From Spirochaetia bacterium (GTDB taxonomy: Bacteria; Spirochaetota; Spirochaetia; SZUA-6; Bin103): a DNA stretch of 64,000 bases. The translations under genes and the position numbers were made by a program. Location of the stretch: the NCBI GenBank assembly GCA_965198005.1, contig CBDAOI010000004.1, forward strand, positions 2,080,001-2,144,000, given 5' to 3'. Shown in pieces: positions 48,221-57,134 of the stretch; the first letter of the stretch is position 1; every line of letters starts with the position of its first letter. The notes below the pieces were generated by a model. That model saw only the letters and a program-made list of their open reading frames with translations, made no database searches and was not told the origin of the DNA.

Positions 48221-48688
48221 TCAGCGAGCGCTCGCTCCGGTTGCGCGCACCCAGGCGAGCGCATACGAGACGTGCAGGGTAGCCCGAAACAAAGCCGAAA
48301 ACTGATCGCGCACCACCCCATGTTCGTCGAGCAGGTAGGTCACGCGCCCCGGAACCAGCGGGGAGACCGCGGTCGTCGCCCCGTACCGCCGCCGCAGCGC
48401 TCCGCCCGGGTCGCTCAAGATCGGAAACGGCAGCGCGTGCGCCGCGGCGAACCGCCGATGCGATGCCACCGAGTCGCTGCTGATACCCACGACCTGCGCC
48501 CCGGCGGCCAGAAAATCGGCGTACGCGTCGCGCAACCCGCACGCCTGCGCCGTACAGCCCGGCATACCGTCGCGCGGATAAAAGAACAGCACGACTTTCC
48601 GGCCGCGAAGACTGCTCAGCCGCAACGGCTCTCCCGTGGCGCCGGGCAGTGTGAAGTCAGGCGCCTGGTCACCGATCGTTACCTTCAC
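48221..48688 (-). CDS. bcp: Peroxiredoxin (BCP/PrxQ family)
   Basis: GDQAPDFTL, LFFYPRDGMPGCTAQAC, GISSD, FPILSD. Confidence 0.9.
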   Translation of the reverse strand: MKVTIGDQAPDFTLPGATGEPLRLSSLRGRKVVLFFYPRDGMPGCTAQACGLRDAYADFLAAGAQVVGISSDSVASHRRFAAAHALPFPILSDPGGALRRRYGATTAVSPLVPGRVTYLLDEHGVVRDQFSALFRATLHVSYALAWVRATGASAR

Positions 48689-48737
48689 GACAGGCTCATC
48701 CTAACGCAGGGAACGCGCCCGTTCCACCCGCCATCCG

Positions 48738-48765
48738 ACTTCCGATAATGTATATTCTGTCTACT
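48738..48765. other. dif-type XerC/XerD recombination site
   Basis: ACTTCCGATAA-TGTATA-TTCTGTCTACT, an 11-6-11 layout. Compare E. coli GGTGCGCATAA-TGTATA-TTATGTTAAAT and B. subtilis ACTTCCTAGAA-TATATA-TTATGTAAACT. AT-rich island in an intergenic region. Confidence 0.75.
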
Positions 48766-48833
48766 CGCGGACGCGCCCCCCGAATGAAGGGGAAGCTGGC
48801 CGCAGCCGCGCACGAGTGGTACTCTTTTCGACC

Positions 48834-49766
48834 ATGAACCGAATTGAACGCATGCGAACCATGCTCCGGGGCCAACGGCCCGACCGGGTACCCGCCGGGT
48901 TCTGGCTGCATTTTCCGGCGGAGCAGGCCGCCGGCGCGGCCATGGCGCAGGCGCACGTCGACTACTACCGGGCGACCGGCACCGATCTGCTCAAGGTGAT
49001 GAACGACAATTACTACCAACCGGCCGGGATCGACCGGGTCAGCTCGCCCTCCGACTGGCGCAAGCTGGAGCCGGCGCCGCTGTCGGCGCGGCCGTTTCAG
49101 GCCCAGCTCGAGGGGTTGCGGATCCTGGTGGATCAGCTCGGTGACGAGGTGCTGATGGCGACCACGATTTTCAACCCGTACGCCACCGGCAATCACGTCA
49201 GTGACCGGAGCGTAACCGAACACCTGCGCGTCGACCCCGAGGCGGTGTCGTTCGGGCTGGCGACGATCGCGGCCAGCCTGGCCGAGTTTGCGCGCGCCTG
49301 CATCGCTGCCGGGGTCGCTGGCATCTACTTCTCCGCGCAGGGCGGCGACGGCGATCGTTTCACCCCGGAACAGCGGGCCAAGTACCTCAGGCCGCACGAC
49401 CTGGTGGTGCTGGAGGCCGCCACCGCGGCCGGTGCCACCTGCAACGTGCTGCATATCTGCGGCCGGGGCTTGCGACTCGACGAGTATCGGGAGTACCCGG
49501 GACACGTGGTCAACTGGGCTCCGCAGAACGACAATCCCAGTCTGGGTGCGGGCCGCGAGCTGTTCCAGCGGCCCATCATCGGCGGGGTCGACGAGCGCGG
49601 CGCCATCGTCAACGGCCCGCGCGCGGCGCTCACGGATGAGGTGCAGGCGGCGATCACGGACATGGGCGGCGCCGGCTTCATGGTCGGAGGCGGCTGCACG
49701 GTGCCCAGCGATACCCCCCTGGAGCATCTCGTGTGGGCCCGGGAGGCGGCCGCGGACGCTTCCTGA
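48834..49766 (+). CDS. Uroporphyrinogen-decarboxylase superfamily protein (MtaA/CmuA-like Zn site; not canonical HemE)
   Basis: G.RPDRVP..FW.HF, LHICG, IIGGVD, FMVGGGCTVP. The RQAGR motif of HemE is absent. Confidence 0.8.
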   Translation: MNRIERMRTMLRGQRPDRVPAGFWLHFPAEQAAGAAMAQAHVDYYRATGTDLLKVMNDNYYQPAGIDRVSSPSDWRKLEPAPLSARPFQAQLEGLRILVDQLGDEVLMATTIFNPYATGNHVSDRSVTEHLRVDPEAVSFGLATIAASLAEFARACIAAGVAGIYFSAQGGDGDRFTPEQRAKYLRPHDLVVLEAATAAGATCNVLHICGRGLRLDEYREYPGHVVNWAPQNDNPSLGAGRELFQRPIIGGVDERGAIVNGPRAALTDEVQAAITDMGGAGFMVGGGCTVPSDTPLEHLVWAREAAADAS

Positions 49767-49778
49767 AGAGGCCCCCCG

Positions 49779-50792
49779 CTACGGGTACCTGGCGCGGAAC
49801 TCCCCTACCCGGGCGCGGGCGTTCACGTCCAGAGCGCTGCGCTCGCCCCGCTTGAGCAGTTGGTATCCGAAGCCCGCGATCATCGCGGCGTTGTCCGTGC
49901 ACAGCGGCAGACTGGGAAATACGCAGCGCACCGCCTCCTCCTGCTGCAGGCGCTGCCGCAGGTAGGTGTTGGCGGCCACGCCGCCGGCGGCCACGATGCA
50001 GTCCAGGCCGGTCGACCGGCAGGCCAGCAGCGCCTTGTCGACCACGATGTCGATCGCGGTCTGTTGGAAGGCCGCGGCGATGTTGGCGCGCGTCTCCGCG
50101 TAGGCGCGATCGCGGAACTGTTCGCGCTGATGAATCACCGCCGTCTTCAAGCCCGAGTACGAGACGTCGAACCGATGGTTTCCCTTGTGCAGCGACGGCC
50201 GCGGAAACCGATAGGCGGCCGCGCTGCCCTGGGCGGCGAGTCGTTGAATTGCCACGCCGCCCGGATAGCCGATGGCGAAGTGCTTGGCGACCTTGTCGAA
50301 CGCCTCCCCGCAGGCGTCGTCGATGGTCGCTCCCATGACCTCGATCCGATCGCAATCATCGACCCGCGCGATCAAGGTGTGCCCGCCGGACAACAGCAGC
50401 GCGACGTACGGGTACCGCAGCTCGGTCTCCAGGTGCGGAGCGTAGATGTGCGCGAGGACGTGATCGACCGCGATCATCGGCAGCTCGCAGGCCAGTGCCA
50501 GTCCCTTCGCATAGCTCAGCCCCACCAGCAGAGAGCCGATCAGGCCGGGTCGGGCGGTTACGGCGATAGCGTCAATGTTGCCGAGTGAGCACTCGGCTTC
50601 CTGCAGAGCCCGCGCCACCACCCGATCGATCCATTCGATATGCTTGCGGCTGGCGATTTCCGGCACCACGCCGGAATAACGCCGGTGCTCCTCGGTCTGC
50701 GAGTAGACGACGTTGCTGAGAATCTCGAGGCCGTTGCGCACTACCGCGGCGGCACACTCGTCACACGATGTTTCGATGCCTAGAACGGTCAC
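49779..50792 (-). CDS. tsaD: tRNA N6-adenosine threonylcarbamoyltransferase TsaD
   Basis: LGIETSCDE, GVVPEIASRKH, HVLAH, LSGGHT, DDACGEAFDK, CTDNAAMIA. Confidence 0.97.
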   Translation of the reverse strand: MTVLGIETSCDECAAAVVRNGLEILSNVVYSQTEEHRRYSGVVPEIASRKHIEWIDRVVARALQEAECSLGNIDAIAVTARPGLIGSLLVGLSYAKGLALACELPMIAVDHVLAHIYAPHLETELRYPYVALLLSGGHTLIARVDDCDRIEVMGATIDDACGEAFDKVAKHFAIGYPGGVAIQRLAAQGSAAAYRFPRPSLHKGNHRFDVSYSGLKTAVIHQREQFRDRAYAETRANIAAAFQQTAIDIVVDKALLACRSTGLDCIVAAGGVAANTYLRQRLQQEEAVRCVFPSLPLCTDNAAMIAGFGYQLLKRGERSALDVNARARVGEFRARYP

Positions 50793-50811
50793 GAGAACTC
50801 GGAGGTCGCGA

Positions 50812-51807
50812 TCAGTAGGTGTCCACGGCCGCGGTTTCCACCGAAGGAACCATCAGCTCCGTTACGGACACCAACTCGTACCCCTTATTCTGCAGCGCGG
50901 GATAGATCTCGGCAAGCGCTTCCACCACCGCCGGTACCGAGGAGTGGCCGATCAACACCGCATGCCCCTGCTCGCGCGCAACCTCAAGGCCGTAGCGCAG
51001 TGCCGCCCGGATTGCCGCCGGATCACGGTCGTGATCCAGGAACACGTCGCGCTGCATGAACGGGACCTCGTACTTGGCGGCATAGTCGGACGCCACGCTG
51101 CCGGCCGTGGTGCGGCTGTCGACGAAGAACATGCCCTTTTCCGCCAGATACGCCATCACGATGTCCATGGTGCGGGCGTCCGCCGTAACTGCCGAACCCA
51201 TGTGATTGTTGGCGCCCGCGGCGCCCGGCGTCGAGGCGAAGTTGCGGTCCAGAATGCGGCGGATCTCGGCCTTCGACAACTCGGTGGAGATGGTTCCGGG
51301 GCCGGGATAGAGGCCGCTGTCGGCGGCCATCGGCAGGTGCAGAATCACGTCGTGACCGTGGGCGCGCGCCAGCTCCACGGCCCGCGCCGAATGCGGCAGT
51401 TGCGGCAATACCGCGAACGTCAACTTGCCGGGGAATTCGAGGAACGGTCGGAGTTCCTGCAGGTTGTTGCCGGCGTCGTCGATCAACAACACCAGACGGG
51501 CGCTCCCCGTGGCGGCCGGAATCGGTGCGCGGGCGGCAGCATGGGTCTCGGTGTCGCGGCGGCGACCGGCGCCGGCCGCCGCCGCGGCGTCCCGCCGCGC
51601 CCGCCGTTCCGCCTCCACGGCGACCAGCATGGACAGCATCTGGTCGAATGGGTCCATCCCCGCGGCAGCCCCCGACCCCCCGATGGTGACCTGGGGCGGA
51701 CGCCACACCAGGAGGATCACCAGCGCCCCCGTCAGGACCCCGATTACCGCAACCAGGCTCAGGACTTTGCCGACGTGAGCCCGTACCTGCTTGCCGATGG
51801 ACCGCAT
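50812..51807 (-). CDS. Divergent polysaccharide deacetylase family protein (YibQ-like), membrane-anchored
   Basis: IDDAG, FAVLP, LHLPM, NNHMGS, FVDSRT, RDVFLD, IGH. Start uncertain (51807 or 51828). Confidence 0.88.
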   Translation of the reverse strand: MRSIGKQVRAHVGKVLSLVAVIGVLTGALVILLVWRPPQVTIGGSGAAAGMDPFDQMLSMLVAVEAERRARRDAAAAAGAGRRRDTETHAAARAPIPAATGSARLVLLIDDAGNNLQELRPFLEFPGKLTFAVLPQLPHSARAVELARAHGHDVILHLPMAADSGLYPGPGTISTELSKAEIRRILDRNFASTPGAAGANNHMGSAVTADARTMDIVMAYLAEKGMFFVDSRTTAGSVASDYAAKYEVPFMQRDVFLDHDRDPAAIRAALRYGLEVAREQGHAVLIGHSSVPAVVEALAEIYPALQNKGYELVSVTELMVPSVETAAVDTY

Positions 51808-51944
51808 CAATCGCTTGGGAACGCGCAACTCTCTCCCCCACCCCGATTGTCGGTTACGCCGCCGGACGGCTCAACCCCCGTGGCCGCCGGCGCCGGCCGC
51901 CGCCCGCTTTGACCGGAGCCGGGCACCTCCGGCACAGTAGGTCC

Positions 51945-52691
51945 ATGTGCGGCCGGTACGCGTTGTATGCCGAACCCGAGGAGTTGATCGAAGCGCTTGG
52001 CATCGCGCGGGACGCCGCTACGCCGCACCTGCAGCCGCGCTACAATATAGCGCCGACCCAGGACGTGCCGGTGGTCCTTTTCGAGCGTGGAATGCGCCGG
52101 TTGCGCGTGGTGCGCTGGGGGCTGGTGCCGGCGCAGTGGTCGGCTCCCGACGAGCGCCGCCCTCCATTGATCAATGCCCGCGCCGAGACCATCGCCGCAC
52201 GGCCGGTATTCCGATCGGCGTTTGCCCGTACGCGCTGCATCGTTCCGGCCAGCGGCTACTTCGAGTGGTGCACCGAAGGACGCGTGCGGCAGCCCTACTA
52301 CTTCACGCTGCGCTCCGGGGCTCCGCTGGCACTCGCGGGCGTCTACGACCTGTGGCAGAGGGGTGACCTGCCGCCGGTCGTCAGTTGCGCAATCGTTACC
52401 GTGCCGCCCAATCCGTTGAATGCGCGGCTGCACGACCGCATGCCCGCGGTGCTCGGCGCCTGCGATCCTGGCGATGCCATTCGACTGTGGCTCGACCCCG
52501 CTACGCCGCGCGCTCGGTTGGCGGACCTGCTGCGGCCGTTCGCCGGCGCAGCGATGGTCATGCACTCGGTCACGCCGCGCATGAACCACTACGCCTACGA
52601 CGAGCCAGGCGCCGTGGCACCGCTCTCCCCCACCCCGCGGGCGCACGCCGCAACCGACGCCCCTCAAACCGAGTTCAAGTTTTCCGGATGA
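51945..52691 (+). CDS. SRAP (SOS-response-associated peptidase / abasic-site protein, YedK/HMCES family)
   Basis: N-terminal MCGRY with catalytic Cys2, RYNIAPTQ, INARAET, GYFEW, HDRMP. Confidence 0.93.
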   Translation: MCGRYALYAEPEELIEALGIARDAATPHLQPRYNIAPTQDVPVVLFERGMRRLRVVRWGLVPAQWSAPDERRPPLINARAETIAARPVFRSAFARTRCIVPASGYFEWCTEGRVRQPYYFTLRSGAPLALAGVYDLWQRGDLPPVVSCAIVTVPPNPLNARLHDRMPAVLGACDPGDAIRLWLDPATPRARLADLLRPFAGAAMVMHSVTPRMNHYAYDEPGAVAPLSPTPRAHAATDAPQTEFKFSG

Positions 52692-52714
52692 GACCGATGA
52701 GACCGATGAGATTG
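52688..52714 (+). repeat. 9-bp tandem repeat ATGAGACCG x2 + ATGAGATTG at the SRAP/phosphohexomutase junction
   Basis: Read directly. Gives three in-frame ATGs (MRP-MRP-MRL). Confidence 0.8.
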
Positions 52715-54199
52715 CGCGCGCAACAACCGCCAGTGCATGGTAGGGTGGCAAACGTGGACCTCCGAACTCCGGCCTTTACCGCGATGTTCCGGGAGTACGA
52801 CCTGCGCGGCCGCGTGTCCGACGCGGAGCTCAACCCCGATTCGGTGCGCGCCATCGCCAATGCATTCGGCCGACTGCTCGAACGCCGCGGCATCGACTCG
52901 GCGGTCGTGGGCCACGACCTCCGCCCGGCGTCGCCGGCCTTCAAGGACGCGGCGGTCGCCGGGTTGCGGGCGGCGGGCCGCCACGTGGTGGACGTCGGAC
53001 TGACCATCAGTCCGGCCCTCTACTTCAGCCAGCACCATCTGCAGGTGCCCGGCGGCCTGATGGTCACCGCCAGTCACAATCCCAGCGAGTGGAGCGGGAT
53101 GAAGCTCGCGCACGGCTATTCCCGGACCCTGGGCCCGGCCGAGATGCGGGAACTGCACGCGCTGGTACGCGCCGGAGAGCAGAGTGCCGGGGCCGGCCGG
53201 TATACCGTGACCGACACCCGTGCCCCCTACCTCGAGCGGGTCGCCGCCGGGACCCGGCTCGAGCGTCCCCTGCGGGTTGCCGTGGACTGCGGCAACGGCG
53301 GCGCCGGCGTGTTCGCGTACGAACTCCTGCAGCGCCTCGGCTGTCTGACCTTTCAACTCCATTGCGACCCCGATGACAGCTATCCGCACTACTTTCCCAA
53401 TCCGTCCGATCTGAAGGCGCGCCGGCGGCTCAGGCAGATCGTGACCCATCCCTACATCCGGGCCGACGTCGGGCTGGCGTTCGACGGCGACGGTGATCGC
53501 ATCGGGGTGATCGACGAAGCCGGCGCCGACGTCTGGAGTGACCGGGTCCTTATTCTGCTGGCACGCCGGCTGCTGGACGCGCAACCGGGCGCGGCCATCG
53601 TCTACGACGTCAAGTGTACGCGCGGCCTGGAGGAAGAGATCCGCGGTCGCGGCGGCACGCCGGTGATGTGCAAGACGGGACACTCGCACGTCAAGGCGAA
53701 GCTGCAGGAGATCGGCGCCGCGCTCGCCGGGGAGCGGAGCGGCCACATTTTTTTCCGCGCCGGCTACTACGGCTTCGACGACGCGCTGTACGCCGGCGTC
53801 CGCCTGCTGGAGGTGCTGGCGGCATCCGCGGGCTCCCTGTCGGAACTGGTGGCCACCACCCCCCGGTACGTGACGTCGCCCGAGATCGCCGCGCCCTGCC
53901 CGGACGACCGGAAGTACGGCGTGGTCGATGCGCTGGTGGCCGAATTCAAGCGCGAGTTCGGCGCCGCCGTGAACGACGTCAACGGCGCGCGCGTGGAGTT
54001 CGGCGACGGTTGGGGCCTGGTGCGCGCCTCCTCCAACCTGCCGGAGCTGGTGCTGATCTTCGAGGCCGGGAGTGAAGCGCGCGTGCGTGAAATCCACGCG
54101 CTGTTCCGCGCCCGCCTGGCCGCCTACCCCGAGATCGACCCGCACTGGCGCAATGATCCCTACGTCGACGATCGGTCCATCGGCCGCGGCCGGCGCTGA
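52688..54199 (+). CDS. Phosphomannomutase/phosphoglucomutase
   Basis: FREYDLRG, TASHNP, FDGDGDR, GERSGH, LVRASSN. Start uncertain (ATG 52688-52706 or GTG 52745). Confidence 0.92.
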   Translation: MRPMRPMRLRAQQPPVHGRVANVDLRTPAFTAMFREYDLRGRVSDAELNPDSVRAIANAFGRLLERRGIDSAVVGHDLRPASPAFKDAAVAGLRAAGRHVVDVGLTISPALYFSQHHLQVPGGLMVTASHNPSEWSGMKLAHGYSRTLGPAEMRELHALVRAGEQSAGAGRYTVTDTRAPYLERVAAGTRLERPLRVAVDCGNGGAGVFAYELLQRLGCLTFQLHCDPDDSYPHYFPNPSDLKARRRLRQIVTHPYIRADVGLAFDGDGDRIGVIDEAGADVWSDRVLILLARRLLDAQPGAAIVYDVKCTRGLEEEIRGRGGTPVMCKTGHSHVKAKLQEIGAALAGERSGHIFFRAGYYGFDDALYAGVRLLEVLAASAGSLSELVATTPRYVTSPEIAAPCPDDRKYGVVDALVAEFKREFGAAVNDVNGARVEFGDGWGLVRASSNLPELVLIFEAGSEARVREIHALFRARLAAYPEIDPHWRNDPYVDDRSIGRGRR

Positions 54200-54224
54200 C
54201 CGCCCCTGGTGATGTCTCCGGTCA

Positions 54225-54297
54225 AGCCAGAAAGGGGATTCGAACCCCTGACCTGTTCATTACGAGTGAACCGCTCTGCCAACTGAGCTATTCTGGC
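54225..54297 (-). tRNA. tRNA-Thr (anticodon CGT), CCA not encoded
   Basis: Minus strand GCCAGAATAGCTCAGTTGGCAGAGCGGTTCACTCGTAATGAACAGGTCAGGGGTTCGAATCCCCTTTCTGGCT. Acceptor stem GCCAGAA/TTCTGGC, anticodon stem GTTCA/TGAAC, T-loop TTCGAAT. Confidence 0.96.
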
Positions 54298-54305
54298 ACG
54301 TCCCC

Positions 54306-54334
54306 ATTCTGCCGCGTTTGCGGCTGACAATCAA
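54306..54334 (-). promoter_or_regulatory. Putative sigma70 promoter of tRNA-Thr
   Basis: Minus strand TTGATT, 17-bp spacer, CAGAAT, ending 8 nt before the tRNA 5' end. Confidence 0.55.
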
Positions 54335-54352
54335 TACCCCGCCGCGGCGGCG

Positions 54353-55027
54353 TCAGTCTTCGCTGGCCGGCGCGGCCAATCCATCCAGCAGCAACCCGGT
54401 GAACGCGTCCGCGAGTCGGTCGCCGGCAGCCAGCAGCGCCTGCATCTGGGTATCTCCCATCTGGGCGAGCAGGTCGATCCCGAGACTGATGGCGTACACC
54501 AGGCGGGCCACCACCGGCAGGTCCACCGGGCGGACCACCCCGGCCTCGACTCCGGCCTGCAGACCGCGTTCCGCCTTGGCGACCCCCGGACGGATCAGGT
54601 GGCCATATACGTACTCCGTCAGCTCGGCGTCCGCCAGCACCGCGGACAGCAGCGCGGTCAAGGTTTGCCGCTGTGGCCGCCCGGTGCGGACCCGGGCACT
54701 GATCACGTGCCGATAGCGGCTGCGCAGGTCTTCGCCCGCGGCGCCCGGCGGCGCACCGGCAGCGCGAATCTCTTCGATCACCCGCTGCAGAACGCCCAGA
54801 AACAGATCGCGCTTGCTGTCGAAATGATGGTACAGCGCCCCTTCCGACAGTTTCGCGGCGGCCGCGATCGTCTTGGTCGTGGCCTGCTCGTAGCCGCGCT
54901 CGGTAAATACCCGCGTGGCTGCCCGAATGATGTGCTCGCGCCGACCTCTCCCGGCGCGCCGACTTTCCGGTTTCGGTTCGGGCGCGGCCTGACGGCCCGT
55001 CTCCGATGGCTCTCGCTGCAACGCCAT
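54353..55027 (-). CDS. TetR/AcrR family transcriptional regulator
   Basis: HTH RREHIIRAATRVFTERGY..TT..IA..A.LSEGALYHHFDSKRDL. SD GGAGGGGAG before ATG 55027. Confidence 0.92.
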   Translation of the reverse strand: MALQREPSETGRQAAPEPKPESRRAGRGRREHIIRAATRVFTERGYEQATTKTIAAAAKLSEGALYHHFDSKRDLFLGVLQRVIEEIRAAGAPPGAAGEDLRSRYRHVISARVRTGRPQRQTLTALLSAVLADAELTEYVYGHLIRPGVAKAERGLQAGVEAGVVRPVDLPVVARLVYAISLGIDLLAQMGDTQMQALLAAGDRLADAFTGLLLDGLAAPASED

Positions 55028-55154
55028 GTCAGTCTCCCCTCCCCAAGGTAGTGAGTGCTTGCTCCTAGCGCTAATGTACTGAGTAGTCCGCGTGCGCGTC
55101 CACCGGTGTGCGCCGGATGCGCCGCAGCCGCCGTAGCGGTACACTGCCAGCATC

Positions 55155-56714
55155 ATGCTGCCCAACCCGTCGTGGATCGGGTCCGCACTGAGCGATCTGC
55201 TGGTCGGAGATCCTGACCGCCACCGGCGTCCGGACTATCGGCAGGCGTTTTTCCTGGCACTGGCCAAGGTGCTTGGCGCAGCGGCCTGGGTCGACGCGCC
55301 GATCAATCAGAATGAAGTGAACGTGATCAAGACGCTGCTGCACGACCTTTCTCCACGCCTGACGGCCCGCGAGCTGCAGCGGGTCGCGCGGTACCTCGAG
55401 GAGTCGGTCCCCGATGAACACTTTCGGGAGCTGGTGTCTCAGCTCGGCCGGTTCACGCGGCGCCGGGCGCGCCTGCGGTTTGCCGTGACCCGGCTGCTGG
55501 CGCTGCTGGCCGCGGACGGCACGCCGAACCAGCCGGAGCAGGAACTGTTCGAGCGGACCTGCGCGATTCTGGGCTGGAGTGGTGGTGATGGTGGTGGCGA
55601 TGAGGAGCCGCCGGCGGCGAGCGCCCCGGGCCGCTCGCACCGGGTGCGGACGGGACTGCAGTTGGGCCGTCTCACCGGGCAGCCGGACGATGCTGCGCCA
55701 CGGAGCCTGCTCGACCGGGTACGCACGGCCACCTGGGAGCGGCTGCAGGCGGGCGGCGGACACGAGACTCCACCTGACAAACTGTACGTCCTGGCGGCGA
55801 CGGTGGCGTTTCTGCGCGGCGCCCGCGTCGGGAACGTCGGCGAAGACGCGGAGCTGGTTGGCTTTACCGCAGCGGTGTCGGCGGTGCCCGACGACGTGGC
55901 GGAAGCAGCCCTTGCTGCGGCCCGGCAGTTCCCGGCGGCACCGGCCGAGCTGCCGGCGTTGGCCGCGGAGCTGCAGCGGCGCACGGATGCCACCGAGCTT
56001 GGTTCACTGGCGCAACTGTTGAACGCCATGGCCGACGGCGAGGCGGCACTGCGCCGGCTGCGTCAACTTGCCAGCCCCGCTGACCGCATGGCGGCCACCA
56101 TTGACCACCTGGTGTACGGCGTGCCCGAACTGGAGGCCGGCGTCGCGTTGCTGCGCGAACAATTCGGAGTGTCCGCCGTCTACGGGGGCCGGCATGAAGG
56201 ACGCGGCACGCACAACGCGCTGCTCGGATTGGGCGGCGATGCATATTTGGAGGTGATCGCGCCGGACCCTTCCCAGCCGTCGAACCCGGGGGGCCGGAGG
56301 TTTCTCCTGGAAGACCTGGATCGGCCGCGTCTGATCACGTTCGCCGTCAGAGTTCGCGGCCTCGAGCAGCGGCGCGCACGCGCTGTCAGCCGCGGCTACG
56401 ATCCGGGACCGGTGACTGCCATGAGTCGGCGGCGGCCGGACGGCGCGCTGTTGCGCTGGCAACTGTGCCGCGCCCCGGAACCGCCGTTTGGAGGGGTCGT
56501 GCCGTTTCTGATCGATTGGGGAGCCACGCCCAGTCCCGCACACTCTGCGCCGGCCGGCTGCCGCCTGGACCGACTGCAGGTCGCTCATCCCGATCCGGAC
56601 CGGGTCCGTCAGGTGCTGCACGCCATCGACGTAACGATTCCGGCTGAGCGCGGCCCGGCGCCCGCGCTGCATGCCGAGTTGCAAACCCCAAGAGGACGTG
56701 TCATGCTCCGTTAG
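55155..56714 (+). CDS. Fusion: N-terminal TerB-like domain + C-terminal VOC/glyoxalase-like domain
   Basis: TerB-like motifs AAAWVDAPINQNE and LLAADGTPNQPEQE; C-terminal IDHLV..GG.H...GTHNALL.LG..YLEVIA..VPFLIDW. Confidence 0.75.
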   Translation: MLPNPSWIGSALSDLLVGDPDRHRRPDYRQAFFLALAKVLGAAAWVDAPINQNEVNVIKTLLHDLSPRLTARELQRVARYLEESVPDEHFRELVSQLGRFTRRRARLRFAVTRLLALLAADGTPNQPEQELFERTCAILGWSGGDGGGDEEPPAASAPGRSHRVRTGLQLGRLTGQPDDAAPRSLLDRVRTATWERLQAGGGHETPPDKLYVLAATVAFLRGARVGNVGEDAELVGFTAAVSAVPDDVAEAALAAARQFPAAPAELPALAAELQRRTDATELGSLAQLLNAMADGEAALRRLRQLASPADRMAATIDHLVYGVPELEAGVALLREQFGVSAVYGGRHEGRGTHNALLGLGGDAYLEVIAPDPSQPSNPGGRRFLLEDLDRPRLITFAVRVRGLEQRRARAVSRGYDPGPVTAMSRRRPDGALLRWQLCRAPEPPFGGVVPFLIDWGATPSPAHSAPAGCRLDRLQVAHPDPDRVRQVLHAIDVTIPAERGPAPALHAELQTPRGRVMLR

Positions 56715-56757
56715 GTAAGCGCCGGAACCGATAAAGACTGCCGTGAAAATTTTGCTG

Positions 56758-56799
56758 TTGCTATACAAACTGTCCTGTGTTAACCTATTGCAATAACCT
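56758..56799 (+). promoter_or_regulatory. Sigma70 promoter with extended -10 and overlapping palindrome
   Basis: TTGCTA (56758-63), 17-bp spacer, TG-t-TAACCT (56781-86). Palindrome TATTGCAATA at 56786-95. AT-rich sequence upstream. Confidence 0.6.
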
Positions 56800-56852
56800 G
56801 TACGTTCACCATATCGTGGGAGTGAACGTCGACTACTGTTTAAGGAGTTTCC

Positions 56853-57110
56853 ATGCCACGTTTTACGACTCGTCTCGTCAAGGAAGTCCAGGAACCGACG
56901 GTCACCGACAGCCTGGTCCAGAAGTACGGCGCCTATATCTCGCGCATCGACGGGAATTCCGTCGGCGTCTTGAAGTTTCGGGAGTCGGAAGACATCACGC
57001 TGGCGCGAGAAGCCCTGCGGCTTGCTGCAGAAAAGCAGGGCAAGGATCTCATTATTCGCCGTCCCCGCGGCGTTGACGGCGTGCTTGAGTTCCGATTGCG
57101 CAACCGCTAG
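56853..57110 (+). CDS. Small hypothetical protein (85 aa), possibly nucleic-acid binding
   Basis: Strong SD AAGGAG, own promoter, normal globular composition with K/R-rich C-terminal half, downstream hairpin. Confidence 0.75.
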   Translation: MPRFTTRLVKEVQEPTVTDSLVQKYGAYISRIDGNSVGVLKFRESEDITLAREALRLAAEKQGKDLIIRRPRGVDGVLEFRLRNR

Positions 57111-57134
57111 GTCCGAGTACGCTCGCACAATCGA

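Noticed and set aside
48834..49766. Calling this gene hemE
   Set aside because: It lacks the HemE RQAGR signature and has a Zn-methyltransferase-type motif, so it is left without a symbol.
54225..54297. tRNA-Thr as the attachment site of a genomic island
   Set aside because: I found no duplicate of the tRNA 3' end and no integrase. The accessory genes lie on the tRNA 5' side.
56758..56785. Second dif-like site (TTGCTATACAA-ACTGTC-CTGTGTTAACC) that would form a dif module
   Set aside because: Poor match in both arms, and better explained as a -35/-10 promoter.
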